A stretch of DNA of 37,050 nucleotides from the sequence record DRR723986_4014. One strand, 5' to 3'. The notes under the pieces are model-generated. The model was given only the letters and a program-made list of their open reading frames with translations, did no database searches and was not told the origin of the DNA. A program made the position numbers and the translations under genes. Every line of letters starts with the position of its first letter. Position 1 is the stretch's first letter. Below are positions 8,801-19,593 of the stretch, one piece after another.

Positions 8801-10975
8801 AGCTCCTTCGGAAATCCATCGCCGCAACGTTTCGTAATGGCTGCTGTCCTTTGTCAGTAGCACTCCTCCCTCGTGAGGAATCTCACCCAAGGGCTTGAGC
8901 AACATCAGGCTCGACTCCGGCTTCGAAGTATTCAGACGCCGCGATTCGAGGTCGTCACTGAGGGCCCTAATGTCGTCCAGCGGCGCGTAGCCGCGCAGGG
9001 AAAGCTTAAAACCCGCTTTACCTTTTTGTGCACCGTGGCACGTTCCGGAGTTGCATCCCAATCGCGATAGAATCGGATTGACTTCCTGAATGAAGTCCAC
9101 GTGCTTTTTAGTTGCTTGATGGATCGAAAGTGGTATCGAGGCAGATTGACCAGCCACGGATACTTCGATTTGCGTTTGCTTGCTGTTTGATCCGGACGAC
9201 TGACCACTCAGACGCACGATTCCTGACGCGGATACAACGCATGCATCAGTCGAACTCCCAAACGTTGCCTGGCGAGTCAAATCGAGCGTTTGGCCGCGGA
9301 GTGTCTTACCCTGAACAACCACTTGAACGTAGTCGTGCGGACCGGCAAGCTCGATGGTATCGGGGAAGACCTTTAAGCTTTCGATCGAATCAACGTCCGC
9401 TTCGCCCGTGGTGGGTGGCTTGGTCAAACCATCCGCTAGTGCGTATTTGGCAAGGCTTTGCAGTCCAGGGCCTTGGCTGGAGTCGATCAGTTCGACAGGT
9501 GAGAAGGAGCCGGTCTGTTCACCCGTTGTGGCGTCGATCACGCGAATCAAGCCGTCCGAACCGCCTGCATAAATGGACTTTCCATCGGCTGAGAAGCTAA
9601 GGGCATAGACGCTCGTTGGAAGCTGAATGGTCGAACGTCGCTGCGGAACTTTCGATACATATTCCTCAACAAGTTTCTTGTCTTCAGGCTTGCGATTGGA
9701 AACCCGCTTCGCCATGACTGCCTTGACGTTCTCCGGCAGCTTGCCATCAAAATCGTACGGGTAGACGTCGATCTGGCTCTGGCCGTCGAGCGTACTGGCG
9801 GCTGCGAACTGATCCCCTTGTTCAGCGATCGCGAGCGCAAATATTCTTCCGGTCATCGCTGGAAAGCGGCGAATGAGGTTTGCGTCGTCACCAATGCGGC
9901 GTTCAGTTTCTCGGAATACGCGATACGCCTTGGCTGATCCATCGGCCCCGCCGACGAGCACTTCGTTGCGCTCGGGATGCATGGCGAGTGCATTCACACC
10001 GCCACTCAACGCACCTGGAGTGATGGAGGTAATATTGTCGACAAACCGTTCGGTCGCCGTCTCGGTGAGTTTGACAGTCATGTCGCGGGCCGCCGAGACA
10101 ATGTGCTTACCATCGGGGGTGAAGACGCAGTCGCGGAGCCAGTCTTCGTGGGCTCCTTGGTAGAGTACTTGCTCGCCGGTATCGACACTGAATGCCCGCA
10201 GCGTATTGTCGGTCCCGCCAACGGCCAGCAACTTTCCGTCCGGCGAGAAACGCCCACCGGACAGGGTATCAAAGCCTACTCTTCCACTACTGAGTAACTG
10301 TCCCGAATCCACCTCCCAAATCTGATACTCACCGAACTTTCCTGGCGTCCCTCCAACGACGGCCAGTAGTTGGTCGTCTGGAGAGAAGGCCAGTGATTCG
10401 ATCCGCTGGCTTAGTCCAACGAAACGACGAACGGGCTTGTGCGTCTGAGCGTCGATCAGGATTGCCTCCTGGAAGCCGCTGGTAGCCAAGAACCGCCCAT
10501 CGGAGGAAACGTCAAGCGCGGTGACCAGTGGAAGCCTTGTGTACTCCGGCGGATTCTCGGGTGAGTAGCGTGGCCCGGTGTCAACTTTGTCGTTCGTCGC
10601 ACCTTGCTCGATCCAGCGACGTACAAGTTCGATCTCGGACGCATCGAGGGGTTCAGCGTCTTGAGGCATCTCCGCTGAACCGTCGACCGGCGTAATCAAC
10701 TGAATCAAGTAGCTTTCGTCCGGCTTACCAGGAACGATGGCTTGATCACCAGTTTCACCGCCAGCAAGGAGGGCGGTAAAGTCCGTCATCAAGTAATCGC
10801 CGCCGCGTTTGGCTGGCTGGTGGCATCCAACGCAATGAGTATTTAGGATCGGTGCAACGTCGGTCGCAAAGCTGATTGCCCGATCGCCGCTGGATTTTCC
10901 CTCATCGGCCGAAACGAGAGTCACGAGAGCGTTTGTCAGCAAGAGGGACAACAACACGTTTATCCGCATCATCAT
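5867..10975 (-). CDS. Planctomycete cytochrome c / WD40 / Ig-like / DUF1549 (PSCyt2) / DUF1553 (PSD1) multidomain secreted protein
   Basis: Signal peptide, CVGCH, WD40-like repeats (AFSPDD, RFSPDG, VFTPDG), GCNSGTCH, FLRRVYLDLTG, CNKCHDHPF, PTNPELL, CECER, C-terminal WALINSPAFLFNH. AGGAG upstream. Confidence 0.92.
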   Translation of the reverse strand: MMMRINVLLSLLLTNALVTLVSADEGKSSGDRAISFATDVAPILNTHCVGCHQPAKRGGDYLMTDFTALLAGGETGDQAIVPGKPDESYLIQLITPVDGSAEMPQDAEPLDASEIELVRRWIEQGATNDKVDTGPRYSPENPPEYTRLPLVTALDVSSDGRFLATSGFQEAILIDAQTHKPVRRFVGLSQRIESLAFSPDDQLLAVVGGTPGKFGEYQIWEVDSGQLLSSGRVGFDTLSGGRFSPDGKLLAVGGTDNTLRAFSVDTGEQVLYQGAHEDWLRDCVFTPDGKHIVSAARDMTVKLTETATERFVDNITSITPGALSGGVNALAMHPERNEVLVGGADGSAKAYRVFRETERRIGDDANLIRRFPAMTGRIFALAIAEQGDQFAAASTLDGQSQIDVYPYDFDGKLPENVKAVMAKRVSNRKPEDKKLVEEYVSKVPQRRSTIQLPTSVYALSFSADGKSIYAGGSDGLIRVIDATTGEQTGSFSPVELIDSSQGPGLQSLAKYALADGLTKPPTTGEADVDSIESLKVFPDTIELAGPHDYVQVVVQGKTLRGQTLDLTRQATFGSSTDACVVSASGIVRLSGQSSGSNSKQTQIEVSVAGQSASIPLSIHQATKKHVDFIQEVNPILSRLGCNSGTCHGAQKGKAGFKLSLRGYAPLDDIRALSDDLESRRLNTSKPESSLMLLKPLGEIPHEGGVLLTKDSSHYETLRRWISEGAQLNPDSAKVSRIELFPKDPVIEREGSWQQFRVVAHYPDGRSMDVTREAFLESGDSEICISHPSGLVEAVRRGEAPILARYEGAYAAATVTVMGDRKGFAWQEPEVSSRIDQLVAAKWKRMKILPSELCTDSEFLRRVYLDLTGLPPTSDQLRTFLVDQTQSKVKRQRVIDELVGSPEYVELWTNKWADLLQVNSKFLGSEGAKSFRGWINKQVSENRPYDEFVHDILTASGSNKDNPPASYYKILRDPDMIMENTTHLFLAVRFNCNKCHDHPFERWTQDQYYELASYFAQTKLKSDPQSRGKRLGGTAVEGAKPLYEIVSDSSEGEMTHQRTGAEVQPSFPYDVAYEASADATRREQLAAWMTSPDNPYFASSYVNRIWGYMTGTGLMTPLDDIRAGNPPTNPELLEYLTKEFVNSGFDTEHIVRLICSSRVYQLSVATNRWNDDDKINYSHAKARRLPAEVLYDSVHQVTGAVSKIPGVEPGTRAAALPDVAVSLPDGFLNNLGRPVRESACECERSDDLQLGPIMALVSGPTIGTAISDPESALPGLADGEIPLEQMVREIYLRVLSRKATDDEVAAVVSMAGRISEDHAKLTEQLQAKEAWWAERRGELESKRLADLQQVEKSIAERTAEIADARAQAEKDRQAAITTAQAKLTKYAESADKLAKDYLSKLPKSGNWFPLRATAAVASNKATLVPQEDRSIVASGAAGKGLYTLQFRTPLNKITGLRLEALPIDRKPGGGPGLASNGNFVVTELEVLASATGGKEKPKAVNIAKGQADFSQGGFAPEQVFDGQTSNQRGWAVSPRGGTVHWASFQFAEPIEFDSGAQLTIKLHQNHNAGDHRIGRFRISVTTDDVVELGSPEAFAALASVPSKSLDSETLKPVTQYLSVTDTEWTKLKTALANAKKPLPADQQLVELAERKKRLSVETQIDSGLAQLRADVQASKDQLANERLTLAQDLTWALINSPAFLFNH

Positions 10976-11342
10976 GTGCGTATTCTCCTGGCAGATCGCG
11001 CGGCGTCATGGAACATGCGGCGGATCGGCGGGGTAGGAAGTAAGGCGGGAGCTCTTTGGGGAAATTGCAGCCAGAACGTTGCAACGCCATCCGGTGACAG
11101 ACTCAAGAGCCGTTAGTGTACAGGATAACCGCTTTGGGGGATGCATTACAACCTTTTACCAGCCGTAGCCAGGTCAAAACATCGGTTCACGCTGTGAAGA
11201 AAGCGGTTGCAAAGCCCTCTCTGCAACGCGACTTCCAGTGATAGCTCTGGGGGCCTAATCCCCCACCACGACTCATTGGAAACAGAGCCAAGCGTGTAGA
11301 TAGGCCTAGGTACAATGCGGCCCTACCTCTGCCCAGGGCGGA

Positions 11343-13127
11343 CTAGTACCAGCGGTACGCGTATCGATAGAAGTCGTTGATGGCCGCGCTTCGAGCGTTT
11401 GAATCCAGATACGGCGTGAGTTTAGACGAGTTCGATTCAAGTGCTTTCCGAAGCTGCGCCTCAGCAAGCTGGAAGTTCAACGCTCGCTCGAGCCACAGAA
11501 ACGAGGCTCCGTTGCCTGCCTTTGTTCCCCGCCGCGGCACAGCGCGGAAGCTGTTCGACGAGGCGAATTGCAATGACTTCTCCGCTCGTGCCCACGGGGA
11601 ACTGTGGCCAAGCGGACTCTTCCACACAGCGACCTCGTCAGCGGTACTCACTTGCGCGGTTGATTCGGCAACGCCCAACCGAATGGACCACTGCGCAAGT
11701 AGAGCTCGCGAGCCAACGCGGATCTCAGGCTCGGGATGATCAATCAAGCGGACTAACGGTAGAGCGCCAGAGGCATCGTAGTCTTGCGCAATGACTTGCA
11801 CTGCCGGAGCAAGATCGCCGCTCGCCGCTCGCGAGACGTTGTACTGACTCACCAACCAATCCACTGGTAGCACCGCAAATAGAATGACCATTGAAGCGGG
11901 GGCCCATAATTGGCGATGAATCAGCCACCGAAAATCATGGTCTCGCTGGACTTTCCAGACAACCAAAACGAAACCAATTGCAACCGCTGTAATCCCTAGC
12001 AGCCCGATCAATCTCATCTGGGTCATGCCGTTGTATTGGACGTAGATCCACATCCGATTATAAACCGCGGCAGTCAGCAGCAGGTTAAGTACACTCCAGC
12101 CCAACACGAGTGCTTTGAGTTGTCCAATGCGAGGATCCTTCAAGGTGGAACGCCTGAAGAAGTAAGATAACAATGCCGTCGAAAACGCCAACGCTACTGT
12201 CAGCCATGCAGCGCCTTTGTGAGCGTAGCCAGCGTAGTAAAAATCCTCGGGAAATGCCCTGAACCACAGCGTTGCAAACTCAAAGATCAAATACGCCGTG
12301 AAGAGAACGATGACGCTGACCAGGGTGTTGCTGTACGACCGGAACCACTTGACTTGTTGTCGCTCGTGAGGCTGGACTCGGACCAACTGCTCAGGCATCA
12401 TCTTGAACAAAAGTGGATGTAAGCCACCGAGCACAATCGCGGCCGCGGTAAACCAGAATACAACCTGAGTGATACTGAGCGTTACCAGTGCACGTCCCAA
12501 GTAGTCAAAAGCAAACGTTACACCAGAGCTGACGCGAGTGAGTACGTCCGGGTTTGCCATCACGAAGAAGCCAAGGAATACTGCCGAGACTAATATCGGA
12601 AGTACTAACGCAGCCAGCCCGCCCATTGGCCGGGTCGCGAATCGAGATATCTGATTTCCGTTTGCCGCGTACACTGCGACTCGCCGGGCAGCACCGATGC
12701 ACATCACTGGCATGAACGCAAACGCTTCAGGTAAGACTGGCCGCATTCCACTGGTTGCTAAGACAAGGCAACCGATAATGAATGGCCCAACAGCCTGTTG
12801 CATCGCAGCTCCGCTCCAGACCAGCCGCATTGACAACGCGAGCAGGAGTGCGGCGAAGAGAGCAGTCGCGGACCAGTTCGCTGTCCTGTGTTTCAATACA
12901 ACGAACACAACGCCGACCAGCATGAGCGCAATCGCCCAGGCTGAAGGGCCGCCGTGCTGGAAGAGGAGAACGTCGAGAATAACGACGACCACAGCCGTCA
13001 CACACGCCTCAAACAAGAGCGTCGTTTTGGACGGCCCGACGGAATTGCTGGCGGCCTTGCTTTCCTCAACTGCAGAGCCAACAGGCTCAAGCTGCGTGGG
13101 ACGGAGTGCTGGATCAAGCTCTTTCAT
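11343..13127 (-). CDS. DUF4153/DUF4173 family integral membrane protein
   Basis: Many TM segments. YAHKGAAWL and RMWIYVQYNGMTQMR resemble the family motifs YAxxGFxQL and RMxLYxxxYGLTxxR. GGAG upstream. Confidence 0.78.
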   Translation of the reverse strand: MKELDPALRPTQLEPVGSAVEESKAASNSVGPSKTTLLFEACVTAVVVVILDVLLFQHGGPSAWAIALMLVGVVFVVLKHRTANWSATALFAALLLALSMRLVWSGAAMQQAVGPFIIGCLVLATSGMRPVLPEAFAFMPVMCIGAARRVAVYAANGNQISRFATRPMGGLAALVLPILVSAVFLGFFVMANPDVLTRVSSGVTFAFDYLGRALVTLSITQVVFWFTAAAIVLGGLHPLLFKMMPEQLVRVQPHERQQVKWFRSYSNTLVSVIVLFTAYLIFEFATLWFRAFPEDFYYAGYAHKGAAWLTVALAFSTALLSYFFRRSTLKDPRIGQLKALVLGWSVLNLLLTAAVYNRMWIYVQYNGMTQMRLIGLLGITAVAIGFVLVVWKVQRDHDFRWLIHRQLWAPASMVILFAVLPVDWLVSQYNVSRAASGDLAPAVQVIAQDYDASGALPLVRLIDHPEPEIRVGSRALLAQWSIRLGVAESTAQVSTADEVAVWKSPLGHSSPWARAEKSLQFASSNSFRAVPRRGTKAGNGASFLWLERALNFQLAEAQLRKALESNSSKLTPYLDSNARSAAINDFYRYAYRWY

Positions 13128-13355
13128 TGCTGGTGTTCTCCACTAAACTGCAGCCACATTCGCTCGACCACTGCAAGTTGGGACGAACACTGAAACACGC
13201 GCTGATCAAAGGAGCAACAGTGCGAAGCAGGCCGCTAATGCTGGTATTAGTTCGCATCCCTACCGCAGCGATTTTGAATCTGTCTGCGGTATCTTCGGGG
13301 GTGCCACTGCTAGTCGACGTTCCAGCAATTTTCGTTTGTAGAGAACGAAATTGAG

Positions 13356-14633
13356 ATGGATTTGAGCAATCCGGTTCCGACGGTCGACTTAAATAGTACG
13401 GACACCATCCCGGACAAGTTCACCTGGAAAATTGGCATGACTGTCTTTCCGATCCACATCGCAAATCTTGACATCCACTCAGCGCACTTGGCGCAGGATT
13501 CTAGTGCATGGACCTGCGTGCTGGAAATCGGAACCGAGGCGATCGAGCGATTTGAGTTTTACGGGGAAGAGCAGGGGGCCGCTCTCTTGAAATTGGTTGA
13601 GGCGTTGAGTGTCTCATCCGGCAGAAAATCGCGTTCGCTGCGCATAAAGTCAGCCGAGCATGACGGAGTGTGCTCAGCGTGCGTCGCAGTGTTCAAGGAC
13701 GATGAGTCGCGAGCGAGCAATGATCCCGTTGGCGTAGGCAGATACCGTTGCTCACGACCAGAGCATGCAATGGTGCTGGCTGCAGTACGGGCCGCGAGCC
13801 ACGCGGGCATTTTGAAACCACGATATCGAGCGAACAATCAGAAGGCGTTTCGGGATTGGGCCAAGCAACTTTCCGATGACCTATCAGAATTGAGTAACCG
13901 TTCGGAACTACCGCAGCAGTGGCGTGCAAAGGAAACCGAAGCTGTGATCCTTGAGCACTTCAATCGTGTTGCTTCGGCAGCGGTTATCACCGCGACGAAT
14001 CATCCGCGGCAAGACAAGTTGTTACAACTCTACGATGCCAGCGCCTGGCTTTACGACACCGCCGGACACAAACGCATCGCGTTCACTGATACTCAATCGT
14101 GGCTAGCATGGTTTCCAGGTCTGGATGGAAAGGGCCGAACGGTTCAGGATGTTGTGCAGTCCATGCCTAGTGCTCCTGACAGTGCGATTCCATGGATCGT
14201 TCGAGTCTTTGAGAACCCGAAAAGCTGGATGAAGTTACGCGGTGCGCAAACATTGGCCGACCACGATTGCCTGCACGTATTGCTGGGGCGCGGCTTGCAA
14301 GACCAGGACGAAGCATTTGTGATTGGATTTGCGATGGGAACAGCCAAACAGATTCCGTTCTGGCAGCAAGGCTTGCTTGAGTTTGCGATCTCACGCCTCT
14401 ATCCAGAACCGTATCGCGTTCCAGTGAATCTGCTGCCAGCATTTCGGCTTGGCGTTCAGTGCGGCAGAGAGACTGGCATGAAAGACCTGTACAAGAAGTC
14501 GTTAACGGCCCTTGCTCATCTCGACATCGATCAAGCCAGGGCAGAACTCGAGATTGATATCGAAACCCTGCGAGCGTACTACACAAGAGAACGCGCTCAG
14601 ATTCCGGGCACTGTCGCAAGTGCTCGATTGTGA
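13356..14633 (+). CDS. Hypothetical protein: N-terminal LeuA allosteric-like domain plus C-terminal Coq4-like HDxxH-x11-E domain (alternative start 13437)
   Basis: 425-aa ORF filling the gap between two minus-strand genes. HDCLH-VLLGRGLQDQD-E at 14262-14312. Domain calls are by eye. Confidence 0.7.
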   Translation: MDLSNPVPTVDLNSTDTIPDKFTWKIGMTVFPIHIANLDIHSAHLAQDSSAWTCVLEIGTEAIERFEFYGEEQGAALLKLVEALSVSSGRKSRSLRIKSAEHDGVCSACVAVFKDDESRASNDPVGVGRYRCSRPEHAMVLAAVRAASHAGILKPRYRANNQKAFRDWAKQLSDDLSELSNRSELPQQWRAKETEAVILEHFNRVASAAVITATNHPRQDKLLQLYDASAWLYDTAGHKRIAFTDTQSWLAWFPGLDGKGRTVQDVVQSMPSAPDSAIPWIVRVFENPKSWMKLRGAQTLADHDCLHVLLGRGLQDQDEAFVIGFAMGTAKQIPFWQQGLLEFAISRLYPEPYRVPVNLLPAFRLGVQCGRETGMKDLYKKSLTALAHLDIDQARAELEIDIETLRAYYTRERAQIPGTVASARL

Positions 14634-14689
14634 TCGGAGCGCCTGCGTAAGTGTTGACTTGGCCGGTCAGATTCTACCTGCCGAATGTC

Positions 14690-16465
<1,776 letters not shown>

Positions 16466-16699
16466 AGCCTTATTTCACTCCATGCCTTGCCCGAAAATGG
16501 GCATCTTCATCCAAGAAAATAGTAAAACTGAGTCGCTGAGGTGGCCAAACCGAAGCCTTGCCACCGCCGGCGGGTCGGTCTTTTGTCGGTTCCAACTATT
16601 CAGATGACCGGCAGACACTCATGCGAAGCGAAAGGCTCGCAGAATTCTCGCAGCTTAAAAACAGCGCGACACAAATTACCGGCGCGACCTAGCCCCTAA

Positions 16700-16728
16700 A
16701 AGATAAGGCAGGTTGGCGGTTTAATCAA
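16700..16728 (-). promoter_or_regulatory. Candidate sigma70-type promoter for ilvB
   Basis: Minus strand TTGATT-N17-TATCTT, about 235 nt upstream of the ilvB ATG. Confidence 0.4.
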
Positions 16729-16862
16729 CTGAAACTAGCGTTTAGGCGGGGCCAGGTGGGCGATTGAGACGTGCTGGCGCGTCGCCTGCGACAGCGCCGT
16801 GTAGGGGTTCCAATTATCCTGCCCTGAGATTTGGCCCAAAGGTCCTATTTTGCCAAAATTCG

Positions 16863-16892
16863 TTGACAGCCGAAAAGGCAAGCAACTATATT
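16863..16892 (+). promoter_or_regulatory. Candidate sigma70-type promoter for the 17082 gene
   Basis: TTGACA (16863-16868)-N18-TATATT (16887-16892) in the divergent intergenic region. Confidence 0.55.
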
Positions 16893-17081
16893 GCTAACTT
16901 GTGGCGGACGTTTCTCAGAAGCGTACCACCGCCCCTTATCCAATCACATCCGAGCAACTCCTCTGCAACCCCCAAGTTTTCTGAGCTAGCTGTAACTCCA
17001 GGGACGTGCCATCTTCGCCCGCAGTTCCACTGGATTTCACCGCAGACGAGCCAAGGAAGCGCCTGATCGAGGTATCAACGA

Positions 17082-17903
17082 ATGACCCTACTCGGCAAAG
17101 TCTTTATCTACTCGATTTTTGCGTTGAGCATTTTCTTCTTCGCGATTGCGGTTGCGGTAAATTCCACGCACATCAACAACAAAGAGATTGCTGATGCGAA
17201 GGAGAAGGAAGCTTCGGATCTGAAGGCGAAGAACCAACAACTGTCGACGCAAATCAACGACCTTCGCGAGCAGCTCGCGATCGAACAGATTGCACGTCGC
17301 GCATCGCTTGGGGCACTGCAAACCGAACTGGAATCAATGCGGCAGCAGCTTAGCGACAAAACTGCGGAAGCTGTTCAGTTGAATGCTCAAGTGACCCAGT
17401 TGACGCAAACGGTCAATGCAACCAACGCTCAGCTCAAGGCCAGCACCGATGACAATGACCTACTGAGAAAACAGATCGTCGCTGCAGAAGACAACTTGAG
17501 CAACGTGCTTGCCCAGTACGTCGAGGCCAAGGATCAACAGAATCGTCTGCAAGGGACATTTGACACGCTCAATGAGCGAGTTGCTCAGCTAAACAACAAG
17601 TACGTCAATGCGGTTGCTCAGCTCGAGAAGCTTGATATCGACCCAGCAACACCGCTTGATGGCCCGCCGCCAGTAAACGGTAAGGTTCTCGCCGTATCGA
17701 CCAATGGTCTAGTTGAAATCTCGCTCGGACGTGATGACGGAATGCGAGAAGGCTTCACGCTCGACGTGACACGCGGCCAACAGTACCTCGGACGACTCAA
17801 AGTCACCAACGTGACCGACAACAAGAGCGTCGCAGAAATTCTCACATCGTTTCAGAGAGGCGTGATCCTTCAAGGCGATCGTGTTGACTCAAAGCTCTAC
17901 TAG
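17082..17903 (+). CDS. Membrane-anchored long coiled-coil protein with C-terminal beta domain (FlgT C-terminal-like)
   Basis: N-terminal TM helix, about 160 aa of heptad-rich Q/L/N/E sequence, then GKVLAV..VEISLGRDDG..YLGRLKV..SVAEI..ILQGDRV. GAGG RBS. Confidence 0.85.
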   Translation: MTLLGKVFIYSIFALSIFFFAIAVAVNSTHINNKEIADAKEKEASDLKAKNQQLSTQINDLREQLAIEQIARRASLGALQTELESMRQQLSDKTAEAVQLNAQVTQLTQTVNATNAQLKASTDDNDLLRKQIVAAEDNLSNVLAQYVEAKDQQNRLQGTFDTLNERVAQLNNKYVNAVAQLEKLDIDPATPLDGPPPVNGKVLAVSTNGLVEISLGRDDGMREGFTLDVTRGQQYLGRLKVTNVTDNKSVAEILTSFQRGVILQGDRVDSKLY

Positions 17904-17968
17904 GGCGAAAACACACTTAGCCCGTTAAGCTGGACCGCGACCTCCTCCCTTTTCGAACTGTTTGAGCG

Positions 17969-18079
17969 ATGAATCAACCGAAGAAAAGCTACAACGTCTA
18001 CACAGTCATGCTGCTGACTTCCACGCTCTTGATGCTGATTTCATGCATCTTGATGGCAATCGAATGGGGTCGCGCTTAG
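17969..18079 (+). CDS. 36-aa single-pass membrane microprotein (not in the ORF track)
   Basis: ATG 17969 to TAG 18079 encodes MNQPKKSYNVYTVMLLTSTLLMLISCILMAIEWGRA: basic N-terminus and one clean TM helix, 65 nt downstream of the coiled-coil gene. Confidence 0.65.
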   Translation: MNQPKKSYNVYTVMLLTSTLLMLISCILMAIEWGRA

Positions 18080-18441
18080 GCACGCATCGCGCTCAGACAC
18101 GATGCCTGCCTACCGAAACGCAGGAACATCTGCCTAGCCCTGCAATTCTCTATCTAGCCATTCAACTACCGCACTCCAAATGCGTTCGAGGTCATGGGGC
18201 CTAGAGCGTTTGCGGCGAAGATCTGATTGTGGCGAGGTTATGAGTTCGCGAATCTGCCGCGGATTGGACTCACCGGTCCCATACTCTTCGCCCATCCCGT
18301 ACAGCTCGCCTTTGCACAACTCTCGTGAGTTCGACGTTCCTGGCAGGCCTACCTGAACTGCCTTGCGACGAATACAATTTCCGCAGGCCGAACGGGATCG
18401 ATCCGTTCGTAGGCGACTCACGTGCGATCAAGGGGACTACG

Positions 18442-19578
18442 TTGACACGTTCAGCACCACCAGCAGTACTTGCTTTAGAAGACGGCACCGTTTTTCGCGG
18501 CCGTGCAATTGGTGCCGAGGGAGAGACTGCTGGCGAAGTCGTTTTCAATACGTCGATGACCGGCTATCAGGAAATTCTGACCGACCCCAGCTACTGCGGC
18601 CAGATTGTCACGATGACCTACACAGAGATCGGCAACTATGGCACAAACGCTAGTGATGCCGAAAGCGGTAAGCCTAGGATCGCTGGTTTTGTCGTCCGTT
18701 CTGACGCTCGGCTTCACAGCAACTATCGAGCGGATTCGAGTTTGATCGACTACTTGAAGAAGCACAACATTGTGGCTTTGTCAGGCATCGATACGCGTGC
18801 ACTCGTCAGGCACATTCGCAGCCAAGGTGCGATGAAGGGCATCATCTCGACAACGGACCTAGATGAAGCCTCGTTGGTTGCGAAAGCAAAGGGTAGCAAA
18901 GGTCTGGTTGGCCGCGACTTGGTTCGTGAAGTTGTGCCGGCAGAACAAAAACAGTGGGATGAACCGCTACACGACTTCGATTCCCCCGACGCGGAAAGCA
19001 CCGACGCAGAAGACTCCGTAGACACCGGCAAGCATGTCGTGTGCTTGGACTTCGGAATGAAGTGGAACATTGCCCGGCATTTGCGCCAGCGTGGCAATCG
19101 AGTAACGGTTCTGCCAGGGACAGCAACAGCCGAAGAAGTCCTTGCACTGAACCCAGATGGCATCTTCTTGTCCAACGGGCCAGGCGACCCTGAGCCGCTT
19201 GAGTACGCAATTTCAACGATCGGCGAGCTGTTGGGTAAACGCCCCATCTTCGGAATCTGCCTTGGACACCAACTATTGAGCTTGGCCAGCGGCGCGAAGA
19301 CTTTCAAACTCAAGTTTGGCCACCGTGGTGCGAATCAACCGGTTCTGAATCTGGTCAACGAAAAAGTAGAGATCACTTCCCAGAACCATGGATTCGCCGT
19401 TGAAGAGGAATCCTTGCCAGATGATCTCGAAATCACGCACCGCAACTTAAACGATGACACGATCGCCGGTGTACGCCACAAGCGACACGCGGCCTTCAGC
19501 GTTCAATATCATCCCGAAGCATCGGCTGGACCGCACGACAGCGAATATCTCTTCGATCAATTCCAGGCATCGATGTAG
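18442..19578 (+). CDS. carA: Carbamoyl-phosphate synthase small subunit
   Basis: LALEDG, GEVVFNTSMTGYQEILTDPSY, LSNGPGDP, catalytic GICLGHQ, SQNHGF, QYHPE. Start placed at TTG 18442 after AAGGGGA. Confidence 0.97.
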   Translation: MTRSAPPAVLALEDGTVFRGRAIGAEGETAGEVVFNTSMTGYQEILTDPSYCGQIVTMTYTEIGNYGTNASDAESGKPRIAGFVVRSDARLHSNYRADSSLIDYLKKHNIVALSGIDTRALVRHIRSQGAMKGIISTTDLDEASLVAKAKGSKGLVGRDLVREVVPAEQKQWDEPLHDFDSPDAESTDAEDSVDTGKHVVCLDFGMKWNIARHLRQRGNRVTVLPGTATAEEVLALNPDGIFLSNGPGDPEPLEYAISTIGELLGKRPIFGICLGHQLLSLASGAKTFKLKFGHRGANQPVLNLVNEKVEITSQNHGFAVEEESLPDDLEITHRNLNDDTIAGVRHKRHAAFSVQYHPEASAGPHDSEYLFDQFQASM

Positions 19579-19593
19579 AACGCCCCTCTGGGC

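Noticed and set aside
16466..16700. Classical ilv attenuator leader peptide or T-box
   Set aside because: The short upstream ORFs (MSVCRSSE, MKMPIFGQGME) lack Ile/Leu/Val runs, and no T-box consensus is visible.
17962..18204. 80-aa ORF listed in the track after the coiled-coil gene
   Set aside because: TTG start and no protein-like features. The overlapping 36-aa frame (17969-18079) encodes a much more convincing TM peptide.
18325..18441. N-terminal extension of CarA; similar extensions in the ORF track for TadG (3477), DksA (23746) and MptG (31319)
   Set aside because: Downstream starts have better RBS or stop-start coupling and coincide with the beginning of family similarity.
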